Source: Curvularia clavata (Eukaryota). From it: DNA of 64,000 nt. A program made the position numbers and the translations under genes. The DNA lies in NCBI GenBank assembly GCA_023920165.1, contig CP089275.1:2108001-2172000 (forward strand), given 5' to 3'. This document shows, piece by piece, positions 11,813 to 25,239 of this stretch (within the stretch, counting starts at the first letter, position 1; each line of letters starts with the position of its first letter). Under the pieces are notes generated by a model. The model was not told where the DNA came from, searched no databases, and worked only from the letters and a program-made list of their open reading frames with translations.

Positions 11813-13392
11813 TGGAGCAATAGTAGTGCCCGATACGGCTTAGTGTTGGGTTTGGGGCGGGACGAGGGGAAGACGGCCCTGCGTAGTGTGCATGGCCATT
11901 TGTTTGGGGCTTGCTGCACACTTTGCGCGCGTACCCTTTGAAGCTCCCGTGCAGTTCCAGTAGCAGCAGCACAAATGAAGCGGGAAGGCGGCAAGGCTGA
12001 ATGAGGGTGCCCTTTGCAAGGTCGTGTGTCACGACTGCAGGGCTCTTGTTGGTGGCACGGCATTCGTGGTCCGAGACTCATGTTGGCCTCGGTGCAATGA
12101 GGACATATCAAGTTGCGTTTATGGTGTGCGGCTGGGCCATATGCGTGCGTGGCTTGCCGTATCCATCAATATGGGAAAACCAATTCCCCAAGACTAATAT
12201 GTTGATCCCATTCCACCTGGGGCAGCCCCTCTCCTTCGCTGCGTCGCTCTCCGGCTGATTTGCCCTCGTCCTCACGACACCATCTCGCGCCATGCTGACG
12301 TACACGCGTCGACCGTATGATCCGTGGAAAGTTTCGGCTTGAGGCGTCTTGGGCGTCGCCTCCCCCTCCCTTGAGCTTGTGCATGTGGAGACGAATGGGG
12401 AAGGTTGAGCGTCAGTCGGTTTGTCGTCATTGTTGTTGCCAATATCCTTGTGGCCAGCATGGCACAACCTGAAGCGACCAATTCAGAGGTTGCAATATTG
12501 AAGGCTGGACGAGAATTCTGCATATGCTTTGAATGCTGGTTCTGGTCAAGGGATGCGTGTGTTTTGTTGACTGTTTCATTTGATCCGACTGCGCATGTCC
12601 CCGTCCAAGGATGACCCTACTACCGTGCCTCGAAGCGAACCTCGCGTTGCGGACTAATTGCTTCCATTGTTTGTTTTTCTTGTCGCTTCCTTCCGTATTC
12701 TCGGAGTCTCAGTCTACCCAGCATCAGTCAAATCACTGAAACCGGGGAACTACACCCCATGTCCTTGCCGCCTGGTAGCACACGCCATTTGATTCAGCTA
12801 CCCGTCCAACACCTCCAGTCTCCCTTGCGTGGAACAACATCCTCTTCTACCGACATGTTCGAGGCTAAAGTTAGACGCCCGTTCTTCAAGAGACTGCTGC
12901 GTGTGACCTGAGCAGGAGCAGCTTGCCAATCCTACCAAACGCGGTACGCGACTGAACCGGCGGTAGACAACTAAAAGTCCGTCTGTTATCGGATCAGCAA
13001 TGCAGGGGACTATGATTCCACCCCCTGACCAAGGCCATTCACTATGCTTCAGCAGTACCAAGACAGCTACAGATCGAAAGAACAATCTCAGTCAGCTACT
13101 ATGCTTCAACTGCAATAGTTCATAAGGTCACGTCTTAGCTCAAGCACGGCGAACACGTACACGAATCAGTTTTCTTTGCTTTTCTTTTCTCATTCTATCT
13201 CGTCTATTCAAGACTGCGTTAAAAGCAATGCGTTCAAACCAGACTAGATCGCACAACGACAAACTCTCCGACTCCTAAGTATGCACCTGACCTCGGGGGT
13301 ATAAAAACCAATCGTACAATATGACGTAGCCACAGATACGCGTTCCTCCACTTGTATCTCCGCAGAGAGACCAAAACTACCTCCCTTTCCTT

Positions 13393-14907
13393 CTACGACG
13401 AGATTTCACTGCCGTTCCTCAACCGCATCTTGTGCATATCGTCATTCTGTGGCATCTGGGCCAACCAAGTGGGCGGCGCCATACCCGTCTGGTCGTGGAT
13501 AGTGCTAAGGAGAGGGGGTAGACTCTGGAAGAGATTGCGGATTGGAGCCGAAGGGTCAGCCATACCCTCGCCCCCTTGGTTGCCTGTGTTCCAGACGTTG
13601 ATCTTGGGTTGAAGGCCCTTGATGGCTTGGCCATTGGCCTGGGCCAGTTTCTCGTAGGTGCCGTTGGTGAGCATGAGATACTGCATTAGACCTTGAGGTC
13701 CACCGAGGACGTTGGCCATGTCACCGTAGGCCTTTGCCATTGCGGATAGACCTTCGGCTTTGCGCTGCTGCGTGATGAGCTCGGCTTGGGCCTCGCGTTC
13801 CCGTGAAAAGTACTTTGCTTCAGCTGCGCGCTTGGAGACGATGAAGTTAGCTTCTGCTTCGCGCTCCTTGGCTTGAAAGTTGGACTCGGCATCACGCAGG
13901 CGGCGGAAGGCAGCGGCCTCGGCTTCGGCCTGCTCGCTGTACTTCTGACCTTCTGCTGCTTTCTCTTGAGCATACAGCTCTGCGTCAGCCTTTTGCTGCG
14001 AAGACTCCTTTTCAATCTTTGCTTGTACGACCTTGGTTGCTCTAAGACGCTCAAGCTCCATGAGTGCCCTCTTCTTCTCGACCTCCATCTGCAGCTCGGC
14101 ATCGCGGCGTTCAGCCTCGCGCTTGGCATTGATTCGGGCTACATTGAGGTCTCGACTAATCTCAATCTCCTTGTCAGTGAACTTTGCGTCTGCTGTGGCC
14201 TTTTCCGCCTTGCGTTCGGTTTCGAGGACAGCGGTTTGGGCGTGGATCTTTGCAACTTCTTGCTTGGTCTTTCCCTGCTTCTCAGCTTCTCCAACCTCAC
14301 CCTGCATACGGGCATGAGCGACATCGACCTTGGCTTGGTTGAGGGCGCCCTCGTGTGCCTTGCGCGAAAGGAAAGCAAAGTATTCCGAACCTGGAGTGTC
14401 TTGCAGTTCCTTGACGTTGGCATTGTAGATGCAGAGACCAAACTGGTCCAGCTCAGACTGTACCTGGGCAATAACCTTTTCCTTGAAGATCCTGCGCTCA
14501 CGGAAGAGCTCCTCCATGGTCATTGTTGAGACAATTGAACGGGTTTCACCCTCGATGATGCCCTTGACAATGTCCTGGACATGGCTACGTCCCTCGGCTA
14601 CAGCAACAACTCCCTTGGAGGCAGTTTGTGTTGGCCTGCCATCGCTCTCGCCTGTGAGTAGGACAGCATACTTCTCTAGCGCTTCTGGGTTATCTGCAGG
14701 GCCGATAGTGAAGACTGCTGGAAGGGAGAATTTGAGCTTCTCAATAGTCATGGCCTGGAGGGACATGGAAAAGTCGAAAGGTGTGATGGAGATCTTGGAG
14801 ACTTTCTGTAATGGGTATACAAAAGCCTTTTTCTTGATGAGCACCTTTTGGATGCCTACACCCGTGATGACAAGGTAGGAATTAGGCTCCGCGACATGGT
14901 ACCACAT
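13393..14907 (-). CDS. floA: Flotillin-like SPFH/band-7 domain protein (FloA-like)
   Basis: Starts at MWYHVAEPNSYLVITG. SPFH core (AMTIEKLKFSLPAVFTIGP...IIEGETR...FGLCIYNANVKELQD), AEA/EAE-rich coiled coil, C-terminal LQPKINVW and LPPLLSTIHDQTGM. Confidence 0.9.
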   Translation of the reverse strand: MWYHVAEPNSYLVITGVGIQKVLIKKKAFVYPLQKVSKISITPFDFSMSLQAMTIEKLKFSLPAVFTIGPADNPEALEKYAVLLTGESDGRPTQTASKGVVAVAEGRSHVQDIVKGIIEGETRSIVSTMTMEELFRERRIFKEKVIAQVQSELDQFGLCIYNANVKELQDTPGSEYFAFLSRKAHEGALNQAKVDVAHARMQGEVGEAEKQGKTKQEVAKIHAQTAVLETERKAEKATADAKFTDKEIEISRDLNVARINAKREAERRDAELQMEVEKKRALMELERLRATKVVQAKIEKESSQQKADAELYAQEKAAEGQKYSEQAEAEAAAFRRLRDAESNFQAKEREAEANFIVSKRAAEAKYFSREREAQAELITQQRKAEGLSAMAKAYGDMANVLGGPQGLMQYLMLTNGTYEKLAQANGQAIKGLQPKINVWNTGNQGGEGMADPSAPIRNLFQSLPPLLSTIHDQTGMAPPTWLAQMPQNDDMHKMRLRNGSEISS

Positions 14908-16072
14908 GATGGCGGTTGCTGTTTGTGGTGCCTGCGTAAGATTGATCAAGTGTTGTTGAAAGTATGTATGTGTTGACGGGTGCTCAGTCGATGAATTGGT
15001 AACGAGCTGTTCGAACTCAATTAAGTATAGAAGAGCAGGCCTGTAAACACCAGCCTTTGTACGATTTGTAAAGTAAATGACTTATGGAAATGCTAAGACG
15101 GATTCGAAGGTAGTTCTAAAGAACCAAGGATACTGTTTATACTAAAAGTTGAGGCAGTGGTGAAGAATTTGGTACGGCGAAGAATGCGCAACATCTGAAC
15201 CTTTATACACCCTCTCAATCATCACAATATCCTGCATTGACTGTTATTACCGCAAGCACATGTATTCAACCCAGTGAGGGCATTCGCCAAACGAGGAATG
15301 AGATATCTCCAAGCCCTGCGCCAGCACCGAAATGGAATAGTTTCCGGAAGCTCGGAGTCGGTGTCTGCCTTACGCCTCCACACGGCATTTAGGCTCCGAG
15401 TGCCCTTGTTCTAGAAGGGTTGCCCTTCACTCCGGTGACTTAATGCGTCCAAGGCCATCTACCTGCACAGCTTATATCCGGGCACTGCTCGGCCTTTTTC
15501 CGGCGCTGAAATACGAAATGCGACCACTGAGGCTTCAAGCTAGCGTTCAGGACGAATGGTTGGAGACGGTCTAGCCCTCGGTATGCAATCGCAGAGCGTA
15601 CCGAGCCACTTCCCTATGTTCTCGTACTCGAGGCATCACACTCACTTCGCCAAGACCCCCGCCTTTGTTGTCTTGGTTGCTCGCAAGTCAGTGCCGTTTG
15701 ATTCGCTTAACCATGTCCTCAAGGCATCCAACAACTAAGGGTGAACCATCACGAGGCCACCATAGTTTGTGGCAGTACTTGACGCTAATGAAAGGCTGAG
15801 GTGATGCAAGGCTGAGTTGAGGCAAATTTCCAACCTACCGTGACCTTTTCGGGCAGTGATCATGCCGTGATCCCGACACAAACTGTTAATGACTCTCCCA
15901 GATCTTGCCATTGGACCATCAAACCTTTGGTCCAGTAACAAGGCGAAGTACGTTGGACAAAGAACCCAGGCTTGCCCGTCCGGACAATCACTGTTCACAC
16001 TGGGTCGTTCGGACACTTCACCTCCAGATCCTCGACCTCTCATCACAAACTCTCGATACTGAATTACTAAAC

Positions 16073-16831
16073 ATGTCACTGAACAAAGGTGATTCCCCGC
16101 CACCACCCTATTCAACATACTCCCCACCACCACGCAAGCCATCTGCCTCCAACGACCACACCATTCTCGGCCAGCTAAGCACCACACGCACCCACCATAT
16201 TCACTCCGTAGTCGAGAATGACATTCTCCCCATCATCCACCAACGAACCGCGTATGGCATCGCCCAAACCACAATCGCCCTACTCCCATCCGACATCCCG
16301 CTTCCTGCTCTAGATGAAAAACCAGACTCCCGTTTCCTCGCCACGGACAGTAAGGACGATGATAGCAACTCTATCCAAGTCATTGGTTTCGCGTCTGACA
16401 CCGAGCCAAACGTCGTGCGGCTCACGGGCCAAATGAACCGAACCGAGTTCTGGAAATCGCCGGCGGTGATTCATGAGCTGGAGGTTATGTTGAGTGAAAG
16501 TCTGAATCCGAGTCCCACGTCAACAGATTCAAGCATGGAAGATGCAAAAGAAAGAGGAGGAGGTGGTGGTGGGGTTGGAAATGAAAGTGTAGAGAGCTCG
16601 TCACGTCCATCACGGAGGAAGCTGCTGGCAAGAGTAATGCCTTCGATGGGCCCAGAGCAGAGGTCGCCGAGCAACAATCCAGAGGTAGGCGTGAGGCAAG
16701 TGCGTACTGCAGGAACAGTCGCGATCAAGGCAAGGCTGGAGGAGATTTGCCTGAGGACGCTTAGTGATTTTGGCTTGTACGACACCATGTCGAAACAGTG
16801 TGTGGTTGTGCAAGTGGATGCGCAGTGTTGA
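16073..16831 (+). CDS. Hypothetical protein with N-terminal PPPY motif
   Basis: First in-frame ATG at 16073 (MSLNKGDSPPPPYS). Ordered C-terminus LEEICLRTLSDFGLYDTMSKQCVVVQV. Confidence 0.7.
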   Translation: MSLNKGDSPPPPYSTYSPPPRKPSASNDHTILGQLSTTRTHHIHSVVENDILPIIHQRTAYGIAQTTIALLPSDIPLPALDEKPDSRFLATDSKDDDSNSIQVIGFASDTEPNVVRLTGQMNRTEFWKSPAVIHELEVMLSESLNPSPTSTDSSMEDAKERGGGGGGVGNESVESSSRPSRRKLLARVMPSMGPEQRSPSNNPEVGVRQVRTAGTVAIKARLEEICLRTLSDFGLYDTMSKQCVVVQVDAQC

Positions 16832-17336
16832 GTTTGCGCAAAAAATGCATTCAATCTGAATCGGTATTGAACACGGGTACTCGAACCTGTCTATCGCCTT
16901 GAATTGTAAAGTCGATTCGAATGATGAAGCAAAAAAGCATTTCAAGGCACACTGCAATGCGAAAGCCAGATACTGAGGGCCAAAGAACTGCAAAAAGAAA
17001 CTCCCCCGGAAAGGCTCGAACTTTCAACCTCCTGATAAGCTACAACGCTGTAACAGTCAGACGCGCTAGCCAATTGCGCCACGGAGGATGTTGCGAAAGC
17101 GCTGAACGCGCTTCGGTTTTGAGTTTGGATGGAAGGAAGCGCGTTTGGAAAAAATATGATGTTGGTCATCTGCTCATGTCGCAAGACAGTTCGGATGGCA
17201 GATGTGGGTCAACCAGGATGCACTTGTTTAGCGAACACCGAACGAGTCCCGCAGCCAGCCGAGCTCTTTCCAGAACATCGCGTGCGCAGAGGTGCGATAC
17301 TGCAGCCATTGGGGCTCAATGCTGGATTTTCTCTGC

Positions 17337-18597
17337 TTATTCTACGTCATTCTTCAGCACCACAATGCCGTATGGATCCCTATCGGCTTCGCTGACAGCA
17401 ACCTCAAAGTCCTCGTCTGCCAGCGCCTCCTTGAATTCTTGATGATCCTTGTACTCTTCTCTTACCCTAGCCCACTCCTCTTCTACAGCGTCCTCCAATT
17501 GTGTGCTCATGATGTCGGAAAGGAATCCGCGCTCGGAGTTGCTATGGAACAGGCTGATGACCACGCGTCCCTGCTCAATTGCTGCAAGTGCCGAGTGATG
17601 GTCCATCTCGCCTGTGAAGAACAGATCGACGTCTAGGCCGCTGAGCAAGCTTGAGCCTGAGCCTGCACAAATACCCACGCTTCTTATTTCGATATCGGGA
17701 ATGGTTTTGCCCTGGGGTATGGCGATTGGGAAGCCCTTGGGATTGTTGAGCCCCTTGCCTATACGGTCGAGCAGGACAGGGAGCGGCTGTGGCTGTTCAA
17801 ATCTGACGATGCGGCCCATACCAGCATTGGGGTGCGAGGCGAGTTCCGGCACCTGGGGCTTGATTACTTCTCGCGCGTGTGGAACAGCAAGCGGGACCGT
17901 GGAAGAGGCCGGTAGACCAAAGTTGAGAGTGCGCTGGCTTGGGTGGTGGTTCAGCGTAAACGTTGGCCTCTTCTTCTCAATGAAAGGATCTTCATCGCCT
18001 TCTTCCGCAGCAGCGTTTGAAGGTTCCGATTGAGCACCTGCACCTGTTGATGCTTTCACAGTTTGTGTTCCCGTAACGATATCTGCTAGCCAGTCTCCGA
18101 GCCCTCCGGGTGCTGCATCCAATGCCGTGTGTGGACAATATACGCTAATACCATGACTAGCCAGCCGTAGCAGCGATTGTTGTTGTGTGTCGGCAAGGGT
18201 CAGTGACTTCAAGCCTCTAAATATAATAGGGTGATATGCAACGATGATCGAGGAGTTGAGTGCAATGGCCTCTTCGGCAACGGCTTTGGTGAGGTCAATG
18301 GTGAGGAGGACGGTGTTTGACTGGCGGCGAGACGGATTGAACGGTGCTTCAAGTAGCAAGCCGGTATTATCCCAAGAGTTGTCTGCAAGCTCTCGCGGAT
18401 ACCTTTGTGATAATCAGTACCTTGATAGAGCAACACTGTACGTAGTTGGTTTCTGCTTTCTACATGGAGGGGACAATATTCAGCATGGAAAAAGAGTAAA
18501 CGTACAGCTTCCGCATCGCCGCTATGACCGCCTTAGAGAACGGGGCACAAGTCGTAGTTGCGCTCATTGCGAATCGTCGTGCCGTAGCGATAAACAT
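17337..18597 (-). CDS. NIF3: NIF3 / YbgI-family metal-binding protein
   Basis: Exons 18597-18506 and 18402-17337, intron 18403-18505. Motifs LYPRELADNSWDNTGLLLE, YHPIIF, HTALDAAPGG, CAGSG, TGEMDHH and HSNSERGFL. Confidence 0.93.
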
Positions 18598-18794
18598 GCA
18601 GCCCAAGGTAAACAACTGCAATTCAAAGCTGCGCGTTTGCAATCTCAATAGCACGCGCCAGCCATCCCTGCACTAACCGACGTGCGTCATCAGCCCCTCC
18701 CCGCTTGTTGTCATCAGTCCGTTGCCTGATTAGGAGATCAAATCTTATCAGATCCGAAGATAGGAACACTGGATGAATATCCCATCATCACCAC

Positions 18795-19299
18795 ATGGAT
18801 CCACGACACAAACTTTACAAAACACTCGACACCCTTGCAATCAATCCCGAAGATACTAAAGCCATGAGTGCAAGGACAGATGCAGAGGCGACCAACGTGC
18901 AGGTCACTTCTGGCGTGACCATGGAAGGAATCAAAAAGAAACTCGAAGAGGGACTGGATGCGACCCATGTTGAGATTGAGGATTTGAGCGGTATGTCATA
19001 ATCCAGTCTTTGGCTAGAAGATAAGTTAGGAAAAGAAATCTGCTGCGGACAAGGCCCTGGTGCTGCGGAATTCCTTTTGAAACATATGTCTGAGTCACAG
19101 GACCATGCTAATATCGCAGATAGGCGGATGCGGGCAGATGTACGAGGCTATTATTGTATCACCACAATTTGCCAAGAAGACGACTCTAGCACGGCACCGG
19201 CTAGTTAACAACACGCTGAAAGAGGAAATTGCCGCCATACATGCGTGGACGCCAAAGTGCCATACGCCAGAAGAGTGGGAGAAGAAGAAACCCCAGTAA
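18795..19299 (+). CDS. BOL2: BolA-family protein, Bol2/Fra2-like (Fe-S/glutaredoxin partner); start may be 18864
   Basis: Intron 18991-19123 (GTATGT...GCTAAT...TAG) gives [35 protein letters not shown]...[14 protein letters not shown]. Confidence 0.85.
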
Positions 19300-19413
19300 A
19301 TACGCCACAGCTAACATGGTATCTGTCACTATGTGTGCTTACGATAATCATTCCCGACGGCATGGATAAAGGATCTTGGGTTCGAGGATGGCCTATGTAT
19401 TCTATATGTGCCC

Positions 19414-21545
19414 CTAGCTGAGCAGCACTCGTATCTCACCACTGGTACGAGGAAACAAATCTCTCAAACTAGGTTCCTGCTCCTCGCTCTCATCTTCCTC
19501 ATCGTACAATGTCTCGTCTGCAGCTATTATCTTGCCTTCTACAAGCTCGAAATCTTCACAAAATTTGCCAGCAGCTTCTTCAGTGATGTCTTGTATCATC
19601 TTCCTGTTCCGCAGCCGCTTAATATTTTCCGATGCGTCAATGAGCGCAGATGGTAGGAATTCATCCAGTTGCTGACTGGCAGAAACTAGTGCATCTGGCT
19701 TGAACGCTTCCAACTTGGGCACCATCTTCAAGCTCTCCGCCGAGTCGTCGATTGTTGCAAGCGCTTCAAGAAGAGTAACAAGGCCAGACTCGTTGACCAG
19801 GTACTGATGTTGGTAGTCCGTCAACTTAGCGACGTTCTCTTCAATTGTGTCGTCTATGTCGCTCACTCGCTCACTGGCGAAGGCATATTGTGATAGAACT
19901 TCCTTGGCTGCGAAAAGACAGTTGATGGCGAAGATAGCCTTGTCGGGCTCCTTCAAATCTTTTTGCAAGTTTTCGCAACTGCTCAAGAAAGGGTCTAGTG
20001 CTTCTGATAGTACAGCTTGGAAACCCTGGCCGTCGTCGTCTGTTGCAGCGACTGATGTATCATAGCTTTTTGCAAGTACTCTGAGTATTTGCAGCGCGTC
20101 TTCCAAGAACTCAGGGGGAGACAAGTCGGCTGGCGCCACAGCAAGATCGCTTTGCATATTGGCAACGTAGTCTCTCATGTTGGCGCGGAACTGCCGCATG
20201 GCAGAAGCTTCTAATACGTCAAAGATATCCAAAACGTCTGAATCTGCTCCTAGCAGCTTGGTGAAAGTTCCTTTGTAGAAGCCAATGAGATTTGCGATTT
20301 TGTATGCAAGTGTTGCGTCGTCATGGCTTTGGACTACCTGCTCGGTTCGCTGGCGCAACAAACGAGCTACACCTGCAAGGTCACGACTGACTAGTTGGTT
20401 GAGAGCTTTTCGTCCGTCAAAGCCTTCTGCGTCTTGATCTACCCTCAGCCAAGGCTCGCTTTCCAAGCCAGCCTGAATAGAGCGCTTGATTTCCTCGCCA
20501 TCTGAGATAAAAAGATTCTCAAGGGCCTCCCTTTCTGACACTGTTGTGGAGTGAGCCCAAGCAAGCATATCTCCCACGTAACGAAGTGGATCGTGCGCGT
20601 AAAACTCAATGGGCTTGGCGGCTATTTGGTTTTCCGATGTTGAGCCAGTCAATGCTGCATGGAATGCGTCGGACAGAATCGACTCGCGGGCTTCTGCAAA
20701 CGAGTCGAGACAGCTTTGGAACAGGGTAGGCCGTTCAGCCAGCACACGCAAGGATCGTCGGACAGATGCACTGATCTGTGGATTCTCAAGATCCAGTGTT
20801 TTGAACTCGCGCTGGATCCACCGGTAAAGCTTTTGGAAGGCAGAGTTCAGTTGCTTGGAGCTTCTCTCTAGCACCTCCAGGCCCAGTCGTTGATCCTCAG
20901 TCCCCAGTAGTACTTGGCAGTCATGATGAATCTTTTTTACACGAGTCAAGATTTGGAAGAACTCCTCGTTGACAGGTTCCGCGGTAGAAGTCAATACAGT
21001 GGCATCTTCTTCGGTGATTAGGAAATGAGAAGTGAATGCGCCGAGAACTTGGTGCTTGGATTCAACCTGCTTCTTCTGGTTTATTAGACTGGTGGCTTCT
21101 TCCAAGACAGGACCTGTCTCTTTGTTTGCAGCTGCAATATGACCACGCATGTCTGCACAATAATTGTTCAGGCTGCTGATAGCTGTTCCGATGCGTTTCA
21201 ATTGCTAGGGGCTTTCAGCAGACGAAATTACAAGTTTGCGTTGTGACATACCTCTGCAACCTTGCCAAAGTCGCCGATGATCTCACCATTGCACTGTATG
21301 ACTTCTTTTTGCACATCAAGCCGAAGTTGGCGACGCGTTTCTGCCGAATTTTGCACTCCGCGTGCATCTAGAGTTTCCAAGGCATCTCGAATGTCTAAAT
21401 CGGCATATGGAGTAGAGAGCACACTCGTGATTCGGCTGGAGAGCGCATTCGTGCCTCGCGAACCAGAGGCTACGGGCGGCGACGATGGAGAAGTGCCATT
21501 CTGAGACGCTGGAGCTGCTCGGTCGTGGAAATAGCTCGTCGACAT
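19414..21545 (-). CDS. COG6: Conserved oligomeric Golgi complex subunit 6
   Basis: Exons 21545-21252 and 21204-19414, intron 21205-21251. Motifs [47 protein letters not shown] and C-terminal [12 protein letters not shown]. Confidence 0.92.
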
Positions 21546-21884
21546 GGCTGGGTGCGTGTTGTGACCCTTGGCCTAGAAAGGTGTCACATATCGGGCAAGC
21601 AGGCGGCAGGTGCAGCCGAGCTTATCGATAGCCGTCGCGTCACCTGCATGAGTCCCATGTCAACGACGATAGCCGCATCCCATCGCCGCCTGCTTGTATC
21701 CTGCTGATACAACCAGCCACTGCCACGCTTGTACCGGTGCTCATGGAGCCTCGCCTCAACCTCTGGGGATCACGCCTTTGGTCCTCTGACCCTACTTTCC
21801 CTTAACCCGACCTCAACCCACCCGACCAGTGTAGCACGGCCACGCGCCCCGCCAGTTGCCTGAGCGCAACACCGTACATGGGCC

Positions 21885-24653
21885 ATGATGGCGTCCAACT
21901 TGCTATCCAGACTCCTTCCTTCTGCCTCCGACGAACCCTTCGAACACGAACCACTCAACGCCCCACACCGTCGCGACTCTGTCTCAACCCAGGAGCAACA
22001 CGAAATGGATATAGATGAAGAGAACTTTGGCGCTCGCTTTGAGGAGCAGGACCTCGCACACTTGCTGGAGGAAGCGTCATCCAGTCAGATGACAACCGAG
22101 AGTCGCGCTGTATCTCCAGATGCCAAACGCATCGCACCTCCAGGTATCAATACAACGAGTCGCATGCCAGCATGGAGACAGCCTGCACCAGCCCGTCCAG
22201 TGTCCTTAGACGATGACGATGACGTCCCTCAATCCCTACTCCTCGAAGGAGGACATGGGCCAGGACCGAGTTCGAGCAAGCATAATGGAGGACTCCCCAT
22301 GCCTGTACCAGGCCCATCGACACGACAGACACGAGCTCAGTGGGACGCCACTCGTACACAGCAACGGCTCCATGACGATGATAGGAGAGGTGCGCCTTCA
22401 CAGCCTTGGGGACACACCAGCAGACCGGGACATTTTGCTGCAGATCCGAGAGAGAAAGCTCTGTGGCTGTGGGTCAACCAGACAGATCTGGACAACTACA
22501 TGACTGAAGTTTACGAATACTATGTTGGCTGTGGCATATATTCGATTCTTCTCAGAAGGGTCCTGACGCTTTTGCAAACTGCCTTTGTAGTGGGCTTTAT
22601 GACATTTCTGGGATGGTGCATAGACTACTCCAAGTTGCACGAAAGCAACAAGATGAGCCAAGTTTTAGTACCCAAGTGTGCCGCAAGGTTTGTACCGTCT
22701 ATTTTTCATACCATCAACATATAGCTAACTTCAAGCAGGATACACGGCTTCTGGATACTGGCGCTTTGGGTCTTCGTCATATACTGGCTCTACTCTTTCT
22801 ATAACACAGTCACAGACATACCTCGGCTCCGAGCCATGCACGACTTCTATCACTATCTGCTTGATATTCCCGACTGCGACATTCAGACGATACAATGGCA
22901 ACAAGTCGTAGTACGCATCATGGCGTTGCGAGATTTGAACCTGGCTACTGCTTCCAACTTGTCACCAGAAACACGGAAATTGCTCGACTCCAAAAGCAGA
23001 CAACGGTTGGATGCTATCGATATCGCAGGTCGCCTAATGCGTCGTGACAACTACCTCATCGCTTTATTCAACAAGGAGATACTGGATGTCACAGTCCCGC
23101 TGCCCTTTCTAGGTAACCGCTACATCTTTTCGGAGACTACCAAATGGCACGTCAATCTTGCCATCATGGACTTCGTATTCAGCGGACCAAATGGCCAATT
23201 CAACCCGGATTTCCTCAAGGAACGTAATCGTAGAGAGCTTGTAAAGCGACTAAAGACGCGATTCTTCTGGACTGGCATCATCAGCATAATTTGCGCGCCT
23301 TTTGCCGTGGTTTTCGTGCTGGCCTCGTATCTGTTCAAATACTTCACGGAATACCACAAGGACCCCGGCCAGCTCAGCAATCGTGATTTCACGACTTTTG
23401 CTCAGTGGAAATTCCGTGAGTTCAACGAGCTTCCTCACTATTTTGCCCGTCGCCGCAACATGGCCTATCCATATGCGAATCTTTACCTGGCTCAGTTCCC
23501 AAAAGACAAGACCGAGCAAATATCTTCCTTTGTCGCATTCATTGCGGGTGCATTTGCTTTCGTTCTGGTATTGTTCACACTTCTTGAATCCGAGTTGTTC
23601 CTCAATTTTGAAATCACGCCCGGCAACACAGCTATTTTCTGGATCGGTGTCTTTACTACAGTATACCGCGTCGCACGGGGAAGCAGTCCGCAGGAAGACC
23701 AGGTCACAGACCCATCCTACTATCTCAGCCACGTCATCTACCACACCCGGTATGAGCCGGAATCATGGCGCGATCGACTACACACCGACGAGGTCCGCGC
23801 TGAATTCACCAAACTCTACCAGCCTAAAATCCTTATCTTCGCCGAGGAAATTTTGAGCATGGTCATCACACCTTTCCTGCTCATCTTCAGACTACCCAAA
23901 TGCAGTGAGCGCATTGTAGATTTCTTCCGGGAGTTTTCGATTGTCGTTGACGGTTTGGGCGTGACATGTTCTTATTCCATGTTCCCATCAACAAAGACCA
24001 CCCGCAATGCCAACAACATCCCAGCAAACGGTACCGGCGCTCGCAGAGAAGACCCAGATCTCCGCGAAGACTATTTCATGGCCAAAGATAACAAGATGAT
24101 GGCCTCATACTACGGCTTCTTGGACACATACCAGAATTCAGGCCGTGGCTACAACAGCCGTCTACAAGGACGAAGTAACTTCCATCCTCCACCACAGTTC
24201 CCTAACACCTTCGGAACCATGTCACAGACCGCACAGCCAATTGAGATGGGCGCAAGAGCATCAAGTAGAGGCCAACCTGGTCGACAGAATCTCCAGCAGA
24301 GGACACCGAGACACAGGCCTACGGCAAGAGACGAGCCTATGAGCTCCATACTCCTTGATCCGCACCACCAGCCTTCTTCGGCATCGATGCTACGTGGCTC
24401 ACCTCGTCAAGCAGCAGCAAATCGATACCGTACGCCTCTTCAAGCCATGTCGGACGCACCCGGTCCATCTCATACCCGCATTGAGGAGGAGAGTATGCTC
24501 GGTGATTCGTGGCGAACAAGTCGTCTAGCTCAAGGCGACGACGATGAAGACGAAGCAACAGCACCTGGTAGCAACCGTGGTGGAGTTTTGCAGCTCTTAC
24601 AGCAGTTTTCCAAAGCGCAGGCTGAAGGCCGGGGCGCCGGCGTTGGTGTTTGA
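21885..24653 (+). CDS. ATG9: Autophagy-related protein 9 (lipid scramblase)
   Basis: Exons 21885-22687 and 22739-24653, intron 22688-22738. Motifs LDAIDIAGRLMRRDNYLIALFNKE, AQWKFREFNELPH and CSERIVDFFREFSIVVDGLG. Confidence 0.96.
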
Positions 24654-25239
24654 TCTTTTTCTATATTTTTGTTGAATTAGCAAAGAATGCATGAGATGAG
24701 ATGATCCTAGTCTACATGAGATGAGCGCAACTAATATACGTGTACAGACCAAGAAACAATCAACAATCTATTTGTACATGAATGGTATGCGACGTGTTGG
24801 GCGTTTGCTAACTCATTCTTGTCCCATTCTCGTATACATCACAACAACTAGCATAGCGGAATTATTTAAACAAACAAGCAGCAAGTTAGTGCCGATCTGA
24901 TGCTTTCATTGGTGACATGAAGGACTTGGACCTATCTAACACGCAGCGACCCTGATGAACTTGTCGTTCTATGCGGATACACTGAATGCTCGGGGTATAA
25001 CCTGACTACTCTTCATTGCATCATCACGCACCACCACTGCTGCCATGGCCGAAACGGGTGTTGTTGTATCATTTGTCATTGTCGGGCTGTTTCTGGTCGT
25101 TCTCTACAGTTACATGCCGCAGAGGTTCTCCCTCCAGCCTTCATCCATAACTGATGAAGAAAACAAATCACGCCGTAACCGAATTCCCATTGGACCCATG
25201 ATCGTCATGCACAGCAACCCATCTCTCTCAACTCAAAAT

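Noticed and set aside
18442..18459. Possible in-frame 18-nt microexon within the NIF3 intron
   Set aside because: It would need a 39-nt downstream intron with a weak GTACAG donor, and would interrupt the conserved KLYP segment.
24890..25010. CTGA/TGATGA motifs between ATG9 and RPL10 suggesting a snoRNA
   Set aside because: No proper C box/terminal stem arrangement and no recognisable guide.
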